A DNA stretch of 64,000 nt. Source: Spirochaetia bacterium. GTDB taxonomy: Bacteria; Spirochaetota; Spirochaetia; SZUA-6; Bin103. Positions 18,495-28,594 of this stretch are shown here, piece after piece. Under the pieces are notes generated by a model. It was given only the letters and a program-made list of their open reading frames with translations, was not told where the DNA came from and made no database searches. The stretch is from contig OZ241863.1 of the NCBI GenBank assembly GCA_965203055.1, positions 1,472,001-1,536,000 on the forward strand, given 5' to 3'. The position numbers and the translations under genes are program-made. How positions within the stretch are numbered: position 1 is the first letter of the stretch; the number at the start of each line of letters is the position of its first letter.

Positions 18495-21400
18495 TCAAGC
18501 GTTTCCTGCTCCGACTGTGAGCAGGATGGCGGCGATGCGGCGGGCGGTGTCGGTGAAGTGCTGGACTTCGTCGGGGAGGAGGGGGCGGTCGAGGATGGCG
18601 CGCTCGCGGTAGGAGAACCACTTCTTGAGGACCTGGTAGCCGCCGAGTCGGAAGGTCCAGACGGCGGCGGGGACGTTGGTCCAACGGGCGCGGTCGTTCA
18701 GGTGCACGTCGAACGTGGTCGCGCCGAGGGTGGGGCAGGCGGGGCCGAGGGCGGCGCGTTCGGCGGCGGTGCAGGGGCGTTCGGTGACGCGGCCCTGGCC
18801 GGGCATGACGGCGCCGCCGGTTCCGTAGTGGCCCCAGCCGGCGGTCAGGGCGAAGTCGGCGCCGGTCATGTTGCGGCCGTCCGCGGTCGCGGGGACGGCG
18901 ATGGCGGCGAGCTCCGGGCGCAGCGCGCCTGCGGTCACGCCCGGCGCCGGGGCGGCGGGATCGAGGAGGGCGGCCAGCTCCCGGCCGCGGGCTGCCGACC
19001 GGGCGAGCGCGGCAGCGGCGGTCGCGTCGTTGGCGTCGGGCCAGCCGGGGAGCGGGATGCGCGGCCACCCCATGCGCAGCGCGCCGGCGTTGGCTTCGCG
19101 GTAGGCGGGATCGTGGAGCACGGCAAGGACGTGGTGGAACAGGTCCTCGACGGTGAGGCCGAGGCGCGCGAGATAGTGCGCTGCCGCGTCCGTCAGGTTG
19201 GGGCGGCGCCACGCGCGATCGTCCCGAAGCCGCGCCGGGATGCAGGAGGCGCCGCGATCGATGAGGTCAAGACAACCGATCGGCGAAACTACTTGGGGTG
19301 GAGACCAGGCTCGGCGAGGCTTTTGCTGGGTCACGATCGACACGTTGCCGGCAAAGACGTGCGGCCGGTAGTCGGGGCGCGGTCGATCGAGCAAATATCC
19401 GTCCGCTTCCCAGTAGAGCCAGCGGTAATCGAACGGCCGATAGGCGAAGCGCATGAAACCGTCTTCACGCGGCCCGCCGCGGGCGAGCAGCGCCGCGCGC
19501 ACCGCGCGGGCGTCGTACCCCGCCGTGCTCCGCATCGCCGCCGGGTAGCGCCGGGCGATCTCGTCATGCGGCACGGCAGGATCGAAATAGCGCGCGATTC
19601 GCTCCTTGAGCCGGTCCCGGTCGATGTCGACCAGCAGGCCGTCCCGGCTGGTCTTGACGCCGGGGAACGACACGGGAAACAGCTCCGGCAGCGCCGGCCA
19701 GTCGAACCACTCTGCGCTGACCGCGGCGCGCACGAACGGCAATCCGAGCGGCAGGCTCGGCTCGATGCGGTCGTACAGCGCTTCCGGTTCGGCGTCCGCG
19801 GTCTCGACCAACGCCGCGCGCTTGGCCCGGCCCCAGAGCTGGCGCAGCTCGATGGCCGGCGCCGGCGCGTGTTCGGCCTTGCACACCAGCGTCGCGATCG
19901 CCGTCCCCACCTGGATGCCGACCGGATCGCCGGCGGTCGAGAAGATGCTCGGATCGGGCGAGCCGTCCGGCGCGAGCTTGCCGGTCTGGTACTTGTCGCC
20001 GTTCAGGCAGTCGATGCGGATGGCGTCGAACGCCTCCAGACAGCGCTCCCGCATTCCCGTGAACGACAGCCCGTCGAGCCACGAGTAGTTGCTGATGAAG
20101 CAGACCACCCCCTGCCCGGTGCGCTCGGCGATGCGCCGCTCCGCCATGCGGAAGAAGCGGACGTACAAATCGTTCAATCCCTGTCCTTCCGGTCGCCGCA
20201 CCCGCCGCGCGGCGCGGTAGGCCTCGGACAGCGCCCGCTCCTCCTCGACCGCCACGCCGGCGAAGCCGTTGTAGGGCGGATTGCCGAGGATGACCAGGAC
20301 CGGCTCCTCCCGCTTCACCCGCCCGGCGCGGTCGCGCTCCTCCTCCAGCTCCGGGAAGGGGAGCGGCGGCTGCGCCTCCGGCTCCCAACCGGTCAGCGCG
20401 TTGGTCAGGAACACGCCGGGCCGCTCGCCGCCGTCGCCGGCCAGCGCGGCGTCCAGCTCCTGCATGATCAGTCCGACCTGCAGGTGGGCGACCACGAACG
20501 GCGCCGGCATGATCTCGAAGCCGAACACCCGCTGCGTGGCCGCCTGCCGCACGCGCGCGCCGGCCAGCGCGCCCAGCCCCCGCTGCCGGCAGCCGGCGGC
20601 GATGCGGCGCAGCACCTCCACCAGATAGGCGCCGGTGCCGCAGCACGGGTCGAGCACGTAGACGTGGTCCGCGGCCAGCCCGCCGGCGATGCCCAGGTCG
20701 TCCCGCAGCGCCCGGTCCACGCGCGCCACCATGTAGCGGACCACCTCGGCCGGCGTGTACCAGACGCCCAACTGCTTGCGCAGCTCGGGATCGAAGGCGG
20801 CGAGGAACGGCTCGTAGAAGTAGGGCACCGCATCGCCCTCGTCGAAGCGGGCGAAGAACGCTGCCCGGTCGACCCGGTCGAGCGCCGCGGCGGTCCAGTC
20901 CAGCACCTCGACCAGACCGAGCGGGCGCAGCCGGCCCGGATCGGACAACTGCTGAAACAGCGCCCGCAGCACCGGCGCGCGCAGGTGCCAGACCGCGTCG
21001 TGCCAGTTGAACGCGCCCGCCGGGCGGGATGCCGTCGCGCGCGACCACAGCACCCAGGCGGAGAAGACGCCGTAGAACAGCGTCTGCACCAGGGTGGAGC
21101 GGAAGAAGCGCGCGCCGCGCTCGCCCTCGAAGCGCACGCCGAGCGCGTCTTCCAGCGCCGCGCGCACCGCCGCCAGCGCCGGCGAGTCGCCGGCCGCGGC
21201 GACGCGCGCCAGGCCGTCGCGGGCATAGGAGGCGAGCAGCCACGCCAAGTCCTTCGGCTCGGCCAGCGCCGCGCCGTGCGCGAGCGCCCGGCGCAGATAC
21301 TCGCCCAGGCCGGCGCCGACCGCGCGGGCGAAGGCGCGCGGCCGCTCCAGGCGGCGGTCGAACTCCTCTTCGCCGGCGGCCAGGCTGAACGCTTCGAGCG

Positions 21401-21836
21401 CCGTTTCCTCCGCTGCCTGTCCCGCGGCGCCGGGGCCGATCAACGTGAACTCGCGCAGGTTGGTGACCAGCACCAGGCGGTAGCGGGCCCAGTAGCGGGC
21501 GGTCTGCTCGCGGACCGCGGCGGCGCCGGTGTCATCGCCGGCGGACTTCACCTCCACCACACCGCGCTCCGGCGCCTGTCCCGCGCGCGGCCGGCCGCGC
21601 TGCACCTGCCGCGCCGTGTAGAGGCCGAAGTCGGGGTGGCCGGCGCCCTGATCGGCCAGCTCGCCGACGCAGAACACCTTGGGCTTGAGCGTGGTTCCGA
21701 CCGCATCGAGCAGCGCCGCCAGCGGCCCGTAGCTCGACCGTTCGCCGGTGGCGCCGCCGGACGCGCGCATCCTGCGCAAGCCGGTGAAGTACTCCTCGAC
21801 GGCGGCGACGAGCCGCTTCGTCCTGATCTCCATCAC
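18495..21836 (-). CDS. Single-chain restriction-modification protein: PD-(D/E)xK-like N-terminus, N6-adenine methyltransferase, Type ISP-like specificity C-terminus
   Basis: PDFG...VEVK; YFYEPFL..FDPELRKQLGVWYTP; motif I DPCCGTG; motif IV GNPPY; YRPFD; GGYQVLKKWFSYR. Confidence 0.88.
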   Translation of the reverse strand: MMEIRTKRLVAAVEEYFTGLRRMRASGGATGERSSYGPLAALLDAVGTTLKPKVFCVGELADQGAGHPDFGLYTARQVQRGRPRAGQAPERGVVEVKSAGDDTGAAAVREQTARYWARYRLVLVTNLREFTLIGPGAAGQAAEETALEAFSLAAGEEEFDRRLERPRAFARAVGAGLGEYLRRALAHGAALAEPKDLAWLLASYARDGLARVAAAGDSPALAAVRAALEDALGVRFEGERGARFFRSTLVQTLFYGVFSAWVLWSRATASRPAGAFNWHDAVWHLRAPVLRALFQQLSDPGRLRPLGLVEVLDWTAAALDRVDRAAFFARFDEGDAVPYFYEPFLAAFDPELRKQLGVWYTPAEVVRYMVARVDRALRDDLGIAGGLAADHVYVLDPCCGTGAYLVEVLRRIAAGCRQRGLGALAGARVRQAATQRVFGFEIMPAPFVVAHLQVGLIMQELDAALAGDGGERPGVFLTNALTGWEPEAQPPLPFPELEEERDRAGRVKREEPVLVILGNPPYNGFAGVAVEEERALSEAYRAARRVRRPEGQGLNDLYVRFFRMAERRIAERTGQGVVCFISNYSWLDGLSFTGMRERCLEAFDAIRIDCLNGDKYQTGKLAPDGSPDPSIFSTAGDPVGIQVGTAIATLVCKAEHAPAPAIELRQLWGRAKRAALVETADAEPEALYDRIEPSLPLGLPFVRAAVSAEWFDWPALPELFPVSFPGVKTSRDGLLVDIDRDRLKERIARYFDPAVPHDEIARRYPAAMRSTAGYDARAVRAALLARGGPREDGFMRFAYRPFDYRWLYWEADGYLLDRPRPDYRPHVFAGNVSIVTQQKPRRAWSPPQVVSPIGCLDLIDRGASCIPARLRDDRAWRRPNLTDAAAHYLARLGLTVEDLFHHVLAVLHDPAYREANAGALRMGWPRIPLPGWPDANDATAAAALARSAARGRELAALLDPAAPAPGVTAGALRPELAAIAVPATADGRNMTGADFALTAGWGHYGTGGAVMPGQGRVTERPCTAAERAALGPACPTLGATTFDVHLNDRARWTNVPAAVWTFRLGGYQVLKKWFSYRERAILDRPLLPDEVQHFTDTARRIAAILLTVGAGNA

Positions 21837-21876
21837 CCGCAGCGGGGGTTCGCTCTGCTCGCTTCCCGCCTTCGAC

Positions 21877-23169
21877 TCAGCCGGGCGCGGGGGCTACCGC
21901 TATCGGTTGCCGGGGCACGCGCAGCAGGAACACGCCGCCCACCACGAACAGCAGGGCGATGCTGAGCACCCCGATGCTGGTGTCGCCGGTGAGTTGCGCG
22001 AACACCCCTACCAGGAAGGGACCGAGAATGGCGGCGAACTTGCCGAACATGTTGTAGAACCCGAAGAACTCGGCCGACGCGGCCGCCGGGATGAGCTGGC
22101 CGTAGTAGGAGCGGGAGAGGGCCTGAATCCCGCCCTGCGAGCTGGCCACCAGCATCGAGGTGAGCCAGAACGTTGGCACCTGCAAGCCCGCCGGCAGGCG
22201 CGGAATGACGAACGCCAGCAGCGTCACCAGCACGTACACGCCGATCCCCACCAGCAGCATGGTGCGCACCGACGACGACCGCGCCCGCGCCAGGCGGCTG
22301 TAGATCAAAGCGCAGGGAAAGGCAACCACCTGCACCACCAGGAGCACCACCAGCAGGGTGTTGGCCGACAGCCCGATGTCGGTCCCGTAGGCGGTGGCCA
22401 GCTTGATGATGGTGCCGACGCCGTCGATGTAGAAGAAGTAGGCGATGAGGAACAGGAACACGGTGCGGTAGCGGCGCCGGTCGCGGACCAGGGCGGTCAG
22501 CCGGCGCAGGCTGTCGCGCACCGTGGATTCGACCGGCGGGATGAACTTCGTCTGGCGGACGCGGCGCAGCAGCGGCACGGTAAACAGCAGCCACCACGCG
22601 GCCGCGATCAGAAACGCGATGCGCACCGAGTCCACGGTGGAAAGCACCTCGAACCGCGGCGCGGTCATGATCACCGCCATCGCCACGATGAACGGGGCGG
22701 TGCTGCCGATGTAGCCCCACGCGTAGCCGGCGCTGGACAGCCGGTCCATGCGTTCCGGCGGGGTGACGTCGGTCAGGAAGGAGTCGTAGAACACGTTGGC
22801 GCCGGCAAACCCGATCGACGACAGGACGTAGACGGCGAGGGTCGCCATGACCTGGCCCTCGGCCACGAATGCCAGCACCCCGGTGGCCAGCACGCCGAGC
22901 CCGAAGAACAGCGAGAAGAACCGCTTCTTGCGGCCTTCGTAATCGGCCAGCGGTCCCAGCACCGCCGCCAGCACCGCCACCACCAGGGTAAACAGGCTGC
23001 TCGCATACGCCAGCCAGGCGGTCGAAGTCGCGCCCGGCAGGTCGGCGGCCACCACGTTCTTGAAGAACAGCGGGAAGATCGCCGTGGTAACCGCCAGCAC
23101 GTAGGCCGAGTTGCCGACGTCGTACAGCACCCAGGCGCGTTCGGCGGTGGAGAATGGCGTGCGTCTCAT
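21877..23169 (-). CDS. MFS transporter (ATG22/UMF1-like)
   Basis: WVLYDVGNSAY, NVFYDSFL, GYAWGYIG, QALSRSY, FFGFYNMFGK; about 12 TM segments. Confidence 0.9.
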   Translation of the reverse strand: MRRTPFSTAERAWVLYDVGNSAYVLAVTTAIFPLFFKNVVAADLPGATSTAWLAYASSLFTLVVAVLAAVLGPLADYEGRKKRFFSLFFGLGVLATGVLAFVAEGQVMATLAVYVLSSIGFAGANVFYDSFLTDVTPPERMDRLSSAGYAWGYIGSTAPFIVAMAVIMTAPRFEVLSTVDSVRIAFLIAAAWWLLFTVPLLRRVRQTKFIPPVESTVRDSLRRLTALVRDRRRYRTVFLFLIAYFFYIDGVGTIIKLATAYGTDIGLSANTLLVVLLVVQVVAFPCALIYSRLARARSSSVRTMLLVGIGVYVLVTLLAFVIPRLPAGLQVPTFWLTSMLVASSQGGIQALSRSYYGQLIPAAASAEFFGFYNMFGKFAAILGPFLVGVFAQLTGDTSIGVLSIALLFVVGGVFLLRVPRQPIAVAPAPG

Positions 23170-23239
23170 CTGCCTGCAGCATACCCGGCGCGGGCGCGAA
23201 TCGGCTACGCCAGTCGGCTATCTATCAGCTATCTATCTG

Positions 23240-24139
23240 TCAGGAGGCTACGGTCACGCCGGCGGCGTCCAGCGCCGCGGTCAGCTCCCGGTAGCCGAGG
23301 CGCGCGTATTCCAGCGGGTTCGCCGTGGCCGGATCCTGCTCCGCCTCCACCACCGCCCAGCCGCGATAGCCGATCTCGGCCAGCAGCCGGGCGAAGGCGC
23401 GGAAGTCGATGCCGCCGTCGCCCGGCACCGTGAACACGCCGGCCAGCACCGCGTCCAGGAAGCTCAGGTCGCGGGCCCGCGCCTGGGCCAGCACCGCGCG
23501 CCGCACGTCCTTGCAGTGCACGTGGTTGACCCGCGCCGCGTGGCGCCGCGCCAGGGCCAGCGGGTCGCCGCCGGCGAACACCATGTGGCCGGTATCCACC
23601 AGCAGCCCCACCGCCGGGCCGGTGTGTTCCATCAGCAGATCCACTTCCTGCTCGGTCTCGATCACGGTTCCCATGTGGTGATGGTAGGTCATCGGCACGC
23701 CGCGCGCGGCGAGATATTCGGCCAGCTCGGTGAGCCGGCGGCCGTAGTCGGGGAAGTCGGCGCGCGCCAGGACCGGGCGCCGGCTGAGCGGCGCGCCGCG
23801 CGCGCCCTGCACGCTGCCGGTGGTCTCGGCATATACCATGACCGGCGCCCCCAGCGCCGCGAAGACCGCGAGTTGGCGCTCGATTCGCTCCCGTTCGCGG
23901 GCTACCGAGCCCTCCAGGAGCCGCCCCGAGAACCAGCCGGAAACCAGCCGCAGATCGTGCGCCCGCAGTTGCGGGCCGAGCAGCGCGGCGTCGAGCGGAA
24001 ACTTGCCGCCCGACTCCACGCCGCTGAAGCCGGCCCGGCGGCTCTCGCTGAGACAGGTCTCCAGCGAAGTCGCGCCGCCGAGCTGCGGCAGATCGTCATT
24101 GCTCCACGCAATGGGCGAGATTCCAAGCTGCACGGCCAT
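23240..24139 (-). CDS. iolE: Myo-inosose-2 dehydratase
   Basis: GISPIAWSNDDLP, YHHHMGT, DTGH, HVHCKD, FTVPGDG, VEAEQDP. Confidence 0.93.
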   Translation of the reverse strand: MAVQLGISPIAWSNDDLPQLGGATSLETCLSESRRAGFSGVESGGKFPLDAALLGPQLRAHDLRLVSGWFSGRLLEGSVARERERIERQLAVFAALGAPVMVYAETTGSVQGARGAPLSRRPVLARADFPDYGRRLTELAEYLAARGVPMTYHHHMGTVIETEQEVDLLMEHTGPAVGLLVDTGHMVFAGGDPLALARRHAARVNHVHCKDVRRAVLAQARARDLSFLDAVLAGVFTVPGDGGIDFRAFARLLAEIGYRGWAVVEAEQDPATANPLEYARLGYRELTAALDAAGVTVAS

Positions 24140-24162
24140 GCGGCGCGCCGCCCCCGATCAGG

Positions 24163-25788
24163 TCAGTTGCCGTGGAAGCGGTCGTAGGCGGTCTGGAAGA
24201 TCGCCATGACCTGATCCAGGCCGAGCCGGTCCAGCTCCTTGAGGTAATCGTCCCAGCCCTCGTCGACCCCGCCGTCCACCATCCAGTTGGCGATCGAGGT
24301 CTGAATGAAGTTGAAGATCTCGGTGCTGGTCACCGCCAGCTCTTCCTGTTCCTCGTCGGTATAGGTGATGTAGGCGTAGTGCCGCTCCTGCGGCCAGATC
24401 CACGGTTCGTAGACCTCGCGGATGTAGCGGTCGCGGTTGCCCTGCTCGCCGGTCCAGTTCACCTTGTCGGCCGCGCGCTTCGACACGTAGGTCGGGAAGA
24501 AGTTGTGCGGCCCATGCTCGAACCAGTCCACCCCGCGCCCGGTCACGGTGCGGGTGCCGTCCGCTTCCCGGCGGATCAACGGTCCGCCGTAGGAGGCTTC
24601 GATGCTGAAGGTGTCGTCGGCCCACGGATCGATGAAGCGCACCATCGCTTCGGGATACTCGAACCGGCTGAAGATGGTAAACGCGTTCTTCTGCAGGCGC
24701 ACCGGCTGCGAGCGGTAGCGGCGCACGCCGGTGGGACCCATCAGCGGCGGCAGCGGATCGTAGAACTCCTCCACCGGCGCGGTGATGAAGTAGGAGCCCC
24801 AGTAGCCGGAGATCGGCGGCACCGAACGCGACCGCGGGGTAAAGTCGGACCCCTTGTTGGTGAAGAACTCCTCGGTGATCAGATCCTCGGCGTAGAGGCG
24901 GTGCAGAAACTTGACCGCGTCGCGCAGCTTGGGGTCGGTGGCGCCGAATTCCACCACGCCGTCGTTCACCGACAGGTACTTCTCGGCGCCCACTCCCTGG
25001 CCCTTCATCCACAGGCCGAAGGCGTTGTACAGCTCCCACTCGCCGCCATTGCCCCAGGCGTGGAAGCGGCCCAGCCACGGCACGCCGTTGGCCGGCAGGG
25101 TGCCGTCGTCGATGCCGGTGCGGAACGCCTTCAGCGCCTGGTAGAACTCCTCGGTGGTCTCGGGAATCTCGTCGATCCCCATCTTGCCGAGCCAATCGAC
25201 GTTGATCGCCATGGTGTCGCGGATGCCGTAGTCGTTGAGGATCTCGCGGTAGTAGGGCAGGCTGTAGATCTTGCCGTCGGGTTGGGTAATCGCCTGCTGC
25301 ACGATCGGGCGCTCGGCGAACGCCCGCTTCCAGCTCGGCGCGTAGGCGTCGATCATCTCGTCCAGCGCCCACACGTCGCCGGCCTGCGCGGCGCCCCACA
25401 GGTTGCGGTCGGTCACGCCCATGTTGAACATCACGTCGGGATACTCGCGGCTGGCGAATATCAGGTTGCGCTTCTCCGACACCTGCGCCGACGGCACGGT
25501 CTCGAACACCAGGTCGATGTTGGAGCGCTCCTGCAGCTCCGCGATGAGGGTCATCGCGTCGAATTCGTAGTGCACGTGGGCGGCGCCCAGGACCATTGCC
25601 TGGACGGTGACCGGCGTGTCCACGATCGGGTAGCCGGCGTTGTTGAAGCCGACCGCGGCCAGGCGCCCGGCGGCCCCTTCGGCGGCCGCGCCCGCGTCGG
25701 CCTCCCCGGCGGCGGGCAGCAGCCCGGCCGGGACCAGTGCCAGCGCCAGCGCGGCAACGGCGATTCGATGCTTGTGCTTCTGTATCAC
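24163..25788 (-). CDS. Carbohydrate ABC transporter solute-binding protein
   Basis: Signal peptide, GYPIVD, PDGKIYSLP, PETTEEFY; GTG start after GGAGGAGG; follows two permeases. Confidence 0.9.
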   Translation of the reverse strand: MIQKHKHRIAVAALALALVPAGLLPAAGEADAGAAAEGAAGRLAAVGFNNAGYPIVDTPVTVQAMVLGAAHVHYEFDAMTLIAELQERSNIDLVFETVPSAQVSEKRNLIFASREYPDVMFNMGVTDRNLWGAAQAGDVWALDEMIDAYAPSWKRAFAERPIVQQAITQPDGKIYSLPYYREILNDYGIRDTMAINVDWLGKMGIDEIPETTEEFYQALKAFRTGIDDGTLPANGVPWLGRFHAWGNGGEWELYNAFGLWMKGQGVGAEKYLSVNDGVVEFGATDPKLRDAVKFLHRLYAEDLITEEFFTNKGSDFTPRSRSVPPISGYWGSYFITAPVEEFYDPLPPLMGPTGVRRYRSQPVRLQKNAFTIFSRFEYPEAMVRFIDPWADDTFSIEASYGGPLIRREADGTRTVTGRGVDWFEHGPHNFFPTYVSKRAADKVNWTGEQGNRDRYIREVYEPWIWPQERHYAYITYTDEEQEELAVTSTEIFNFIQTSIANWMVDGGVDEGWDDYLKELDRLGLDQVMAIFQTAYDRFHGN

Positions 25789-25897
25789 GCATCCTCCTCC
25801 TTGAGTGGAGGCACGATACGCTACTTCTCCCCCCGTTTCAATCACGCGCCCGCGCGTCCGCGCGCCGGCGCGTCCGCGCGCCGGCGGCGCGGGCTGC

Positions 25898-26803
25898 CTA
25901 ACCCTTTATCGCTCCGATCATCACGCCGCGCACGTAGTGCTTCTGCACGAACGGATAGAGCAGCAGCACCGGCACGCTGGCCACGATGATCATCCCGTAC
26001 TTGATCGACTCGGCCAGCATCATCGCCGCCAGCGCGTTCTCGTCGTCTATCTCCAGCTCCTCGGTGAAGGTGTTCTGGATCAGGATGTCGCGCAGGATGA
26101 GCTGCAGCGGGAACCGCTCGCGGTCGCGCAGGTAGATCAACCCGTGGAAGAAGCCGTTCCAGTGGCCGACCGCGTAGAACACCATCAGCACGGCCACGAT
26201 CGCCCCGGACAGCGGCAGCACCACCGAGCGGAAGAAGCGCAGGTCGCTGCAGCCGTCCATCACCGCGGCGTCGAGCAGCTCCTGCGGGATGGTGTTCATG
26301 AAGAAGGTGCGGGCAATGATGATGTTGAATACCGAGACCGCCAGATGCAGGGCGCTGCCGCCGGCCGGCAGGATCATGATCCAGAACGAGTTGTAGAGCC
26401 CGAGGTCGCGGATCACCAGGAAGGTGGGAATCAGGCCGCCGCTGAAGAACATGGTGAAGGTGAGGTAGAGCATGACGGCGTTGCGGCCCGGCAGGTCGCG
26501 GCGGCTCAGGGCGTAGGCGGCGGTGAGTGTCAAGCCCAGGTTGAGCATGGTGCCGAGCGTGGTGTAGGCCAGGCTGTTGCGATAGCCGCGCAGCAGGTCT
26601 TCGTGCTGGACGATGCGGGCGTAGCCGTCCAGCGTCAGCCCGCGCGGGATGATCCACACCTTGCCGGTGTTGACCAGCACCGGGTCGCTGATCGAGGCGA
26701 TCACCACGAAGAACAGCGGGTAGGCCACCGCCGCCAGAATCAGCGACAGCAGCACGTAGAGCACGGCGTTGAGCACGCGGTCCTGCCGCGCCAGCGCGAT
26801 CAT
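25898..26803 (-). CDS. Carbohydrate ABC transporter permease
   Basis: FSGGLIP, IPQELLDAAVMDG (EAA-like loop), AVGHWN, GVMIGAIKG. Confidence 0.93.
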   Translation of the reverse strand: MIALARQDRVLNAVLYVLLSLILAAVAYPLFFVVIASISDPVLVNTGKVWIIPRGLTLDGYARIVQHEDLLRGYRNSLAYTTLGTMLNLGLTLTAAYALSRRDLPGRNAVMLYLTFTMFFSGGLIPTFLVIRDLGLYNSFWIMILPAGGSALHLAVSVFNIIIARTFFMNTIPQELLDAAVMDGCSDLRFFRSVVLPLSGAIVAVLMVFYAVGHWNGFFHGLIYLRDRERFPLQLILRDILIQNTFTEELEIDDENALAAMMLAESIKYGMIIVASVPVLLLYPFVQKHYVRGVMIGAIKG

Positions 26804-26819
26804 GCCGCTATCCCCAACC

Positions 26820-27761
26820 CTACCACAGCCCCGACTGGCCCAGCAGCTTGGCGAGGCGGTTGACCGACACCAGCAGCACGAAGTTGATCACCGCGTTGAA
26901 CAGGCCGACGGCCGCCGAGAAGCTGAACCGGGCGTCGAGCAGACCCACCTTGTAGACGAAGGTGGAGATGATCTCGGACACATCCAGGTTGAGCGCGTTC
27001 TGCATCAGGAACGCCTTCTCGAAGCCCACGCCCATGATCTGGCCGACGTTGAGGATCAACAGGATGACGATGGTGGGCAGGATGCCGGGGATGTCCACGT
27101 TCCACACCCGCTGCCACAGGGTGGCGCCGTCCACGATCGCCGCCTCATGCAGCTCGGGATCGATGGCGCTCAAGGCGGCAAGATAGATGATCGTGCCCCA
27201 GCCGGCGTTCTGCCACACCCCCGAGAACACGTACAGCGAGCGGAACCAGCGTTCCTGGCCCAGAAAGAACAGCCGTTCGCCGCCCAGCGCCGCGATGAAA
27301 TGGTTGGTCAGACCGAAGTTCTTGGACAGGAACACGCTGAGCATGCCCACGATCACCACGGTCGAGATGAAGTGCGGCGCGTAGGTGACCATCTGCACCG
27401 TGCGCTTGAAGCGCGCGCCGGTCACCATGTTCATCATCAGCGCCAGGATGATCGGCAGCGGAAACCCGACCAGCAGCTCGTAGCCGCTGAGGAAGATGGT
27501 GTTGCGGATCAGCCGCCAGAAGCTCGGCGACTCGAAGAAGCGGATGAAGTGGCGCAGGCCGACCCAGTCGCTGCCGATGATGCCGAGGTGCGGCTTGAAG
27601 TTCTTGAAGGCGATGGTGACGCCGTACATCGGCACGTACTGAAACAGGAAGATCAAACCGATGGTGGGCAGCAGCAACAGGTAGAGCTGCCAGGAACGGG
27701 CCACGCGGACCGCCAACGGCGTGCGGCGGACAGGGGCGGAAGCGGCCAGCGCGCGCTGCAT
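26820..27761 (-). CDS. Carbohydrate ABC transporter permease
   Basis: YVPMYG, YAPHFIS, IDPELHEAAIVDGA, AAVGLFN. Confidence 0.93.
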   Translation of the reverse strand: MQRALAASAPVRRTPLAVRVARSWQLYLLLLPTIGLIFLFQYVPMYGVTIAFKNFKPHLGIIGSDWVGLRHFIRFFESPSFWRLIRNTIFLSGYELLVGFPLPIILALMMNMVTGARFKRTVQMVTYAPHFISTVVIVGMLSVFLSKNFGLTNHFIAALGGERLFFLGQERWFRSLYVFSGVWQNAGWGTIIYLAALSAIDPELHEAAIVDGATLWQRVWNVDIPGILPTIVILLILNVGQIMGVGFEKAFLMQNALNLDVSEIISTFVYKVGLLDARFSFSAAVGLFNAVINFVLLVSVNRLAKLLGQSGLW

Positions 27762-27964
27762 CGCGCGGCATGGTGCGGAACCGGCCGGCGGCTGTCAATC
27801 AACGCCGCGGCGAGCCCGGGGCGCCGAGAAAGCCGACGTGGCTACCGGGAGTCACCTGGCCCGAACGGGCGCGCGAACCCGCGCCGCCCGGCCCGTCCGT
27901 CCGCCGGCCTTCCGCCGGCCGGAGCCCGCTGGCGCAGGTCGAGCGGCTCATGCTATCGTCCGCC

Positions 27965-28594
27965 ATGACAAGCTCCACGCTCGCGCCGGCGCCGGATGCG
28001 ACCATCGTGCTGGCGTCCGCCTCGCCGCAACGGCGCCGCCTGCTGCAGTCGGCCGCCCTGCCGGTGCGGGTGGTGCCGCCGCAGGTAGACGAAACGCTGG
28101 CCGCTCCGGCGGCGCCGGAACAGGCGGTGGTGCTGCTGGCCCGGCGCAAGGCGCGCGCGGTGGCCGGCCGGTTGGGGCGCGGCCGCTGGATCGTGGCGGC
28201 CGACACCGGAATGCTGCTCGACGGGGAACTGATCGGCAAGCCCGCCGACCGCGCCGCGGCGCGGCGCATCCTCCGGCGTCTGGCCGGCGCCGAACACCGC
28301 GTGCTGACCGGGGTGGCGCTGGTCACGCCGGCGGGCGCGCTGGACACGGCGCTGGCGCGCACCGAGGTGACCTTCGCCGCGCTCGGCGACCGGGAGCTGG
28401 AGTGGTATCTCGATAGCGGGGAGTGGCGCGGCGCGGCGGGCGGCTATCGCCTGCAGGGCCGCGCCGGACTGCTGGTGACCGCGCTGCGCGGTTCCTGCAG
28501 CAACGTCGTAGGCTTGCCGCTGGAAACGATATATCGTATGTTGGCGCGGCATGGCTATCCATTTCGCAGCCACCGCAATGCAGAGGGGGATTAG
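27965..28594 (+). CDS. maf: Maf family nucleoside triphosphate pyrophosphatase
   Basis: VLASASPQRR, AADT, IGKP, AGGYRLQG, NVVGLPL; maf precedes rpsB. Confidence 0.92.
   Translation: MTSSTLAPAPDATIVLASASPQRRRLLQSAALPVRVVPPQVDETLAAPAAPEQAVVLLARRKARAVAGRLGRGRWIVAADTGMLLDGELIGKPADRAAARRILRRLAGAEHRVLTGVALVTPAGALDTALARTEVTFAALGDRELEWYLDSGEWRGAAGGYRLQGRAGLLVTALRGSCSNVVGLPLETIYRMLARHGYPFRSHRNAEGD

Noticed and set aside
18558..21965. Long antisense or alternative-frame ORFs (also 43-1716, 36809-39733, 10465-12384 and many others)
   Set aside because: Stop-poor shadows typical of very high GC DNA; Arg/Ala/Pro-rich with no motifs and overlapping well-supported genes.
23217..23238. Short GCTATCTATC duplication between iolE and the MFS gene
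   Set aside because: Two copies only; consistent with simple slippage and no supportable function.
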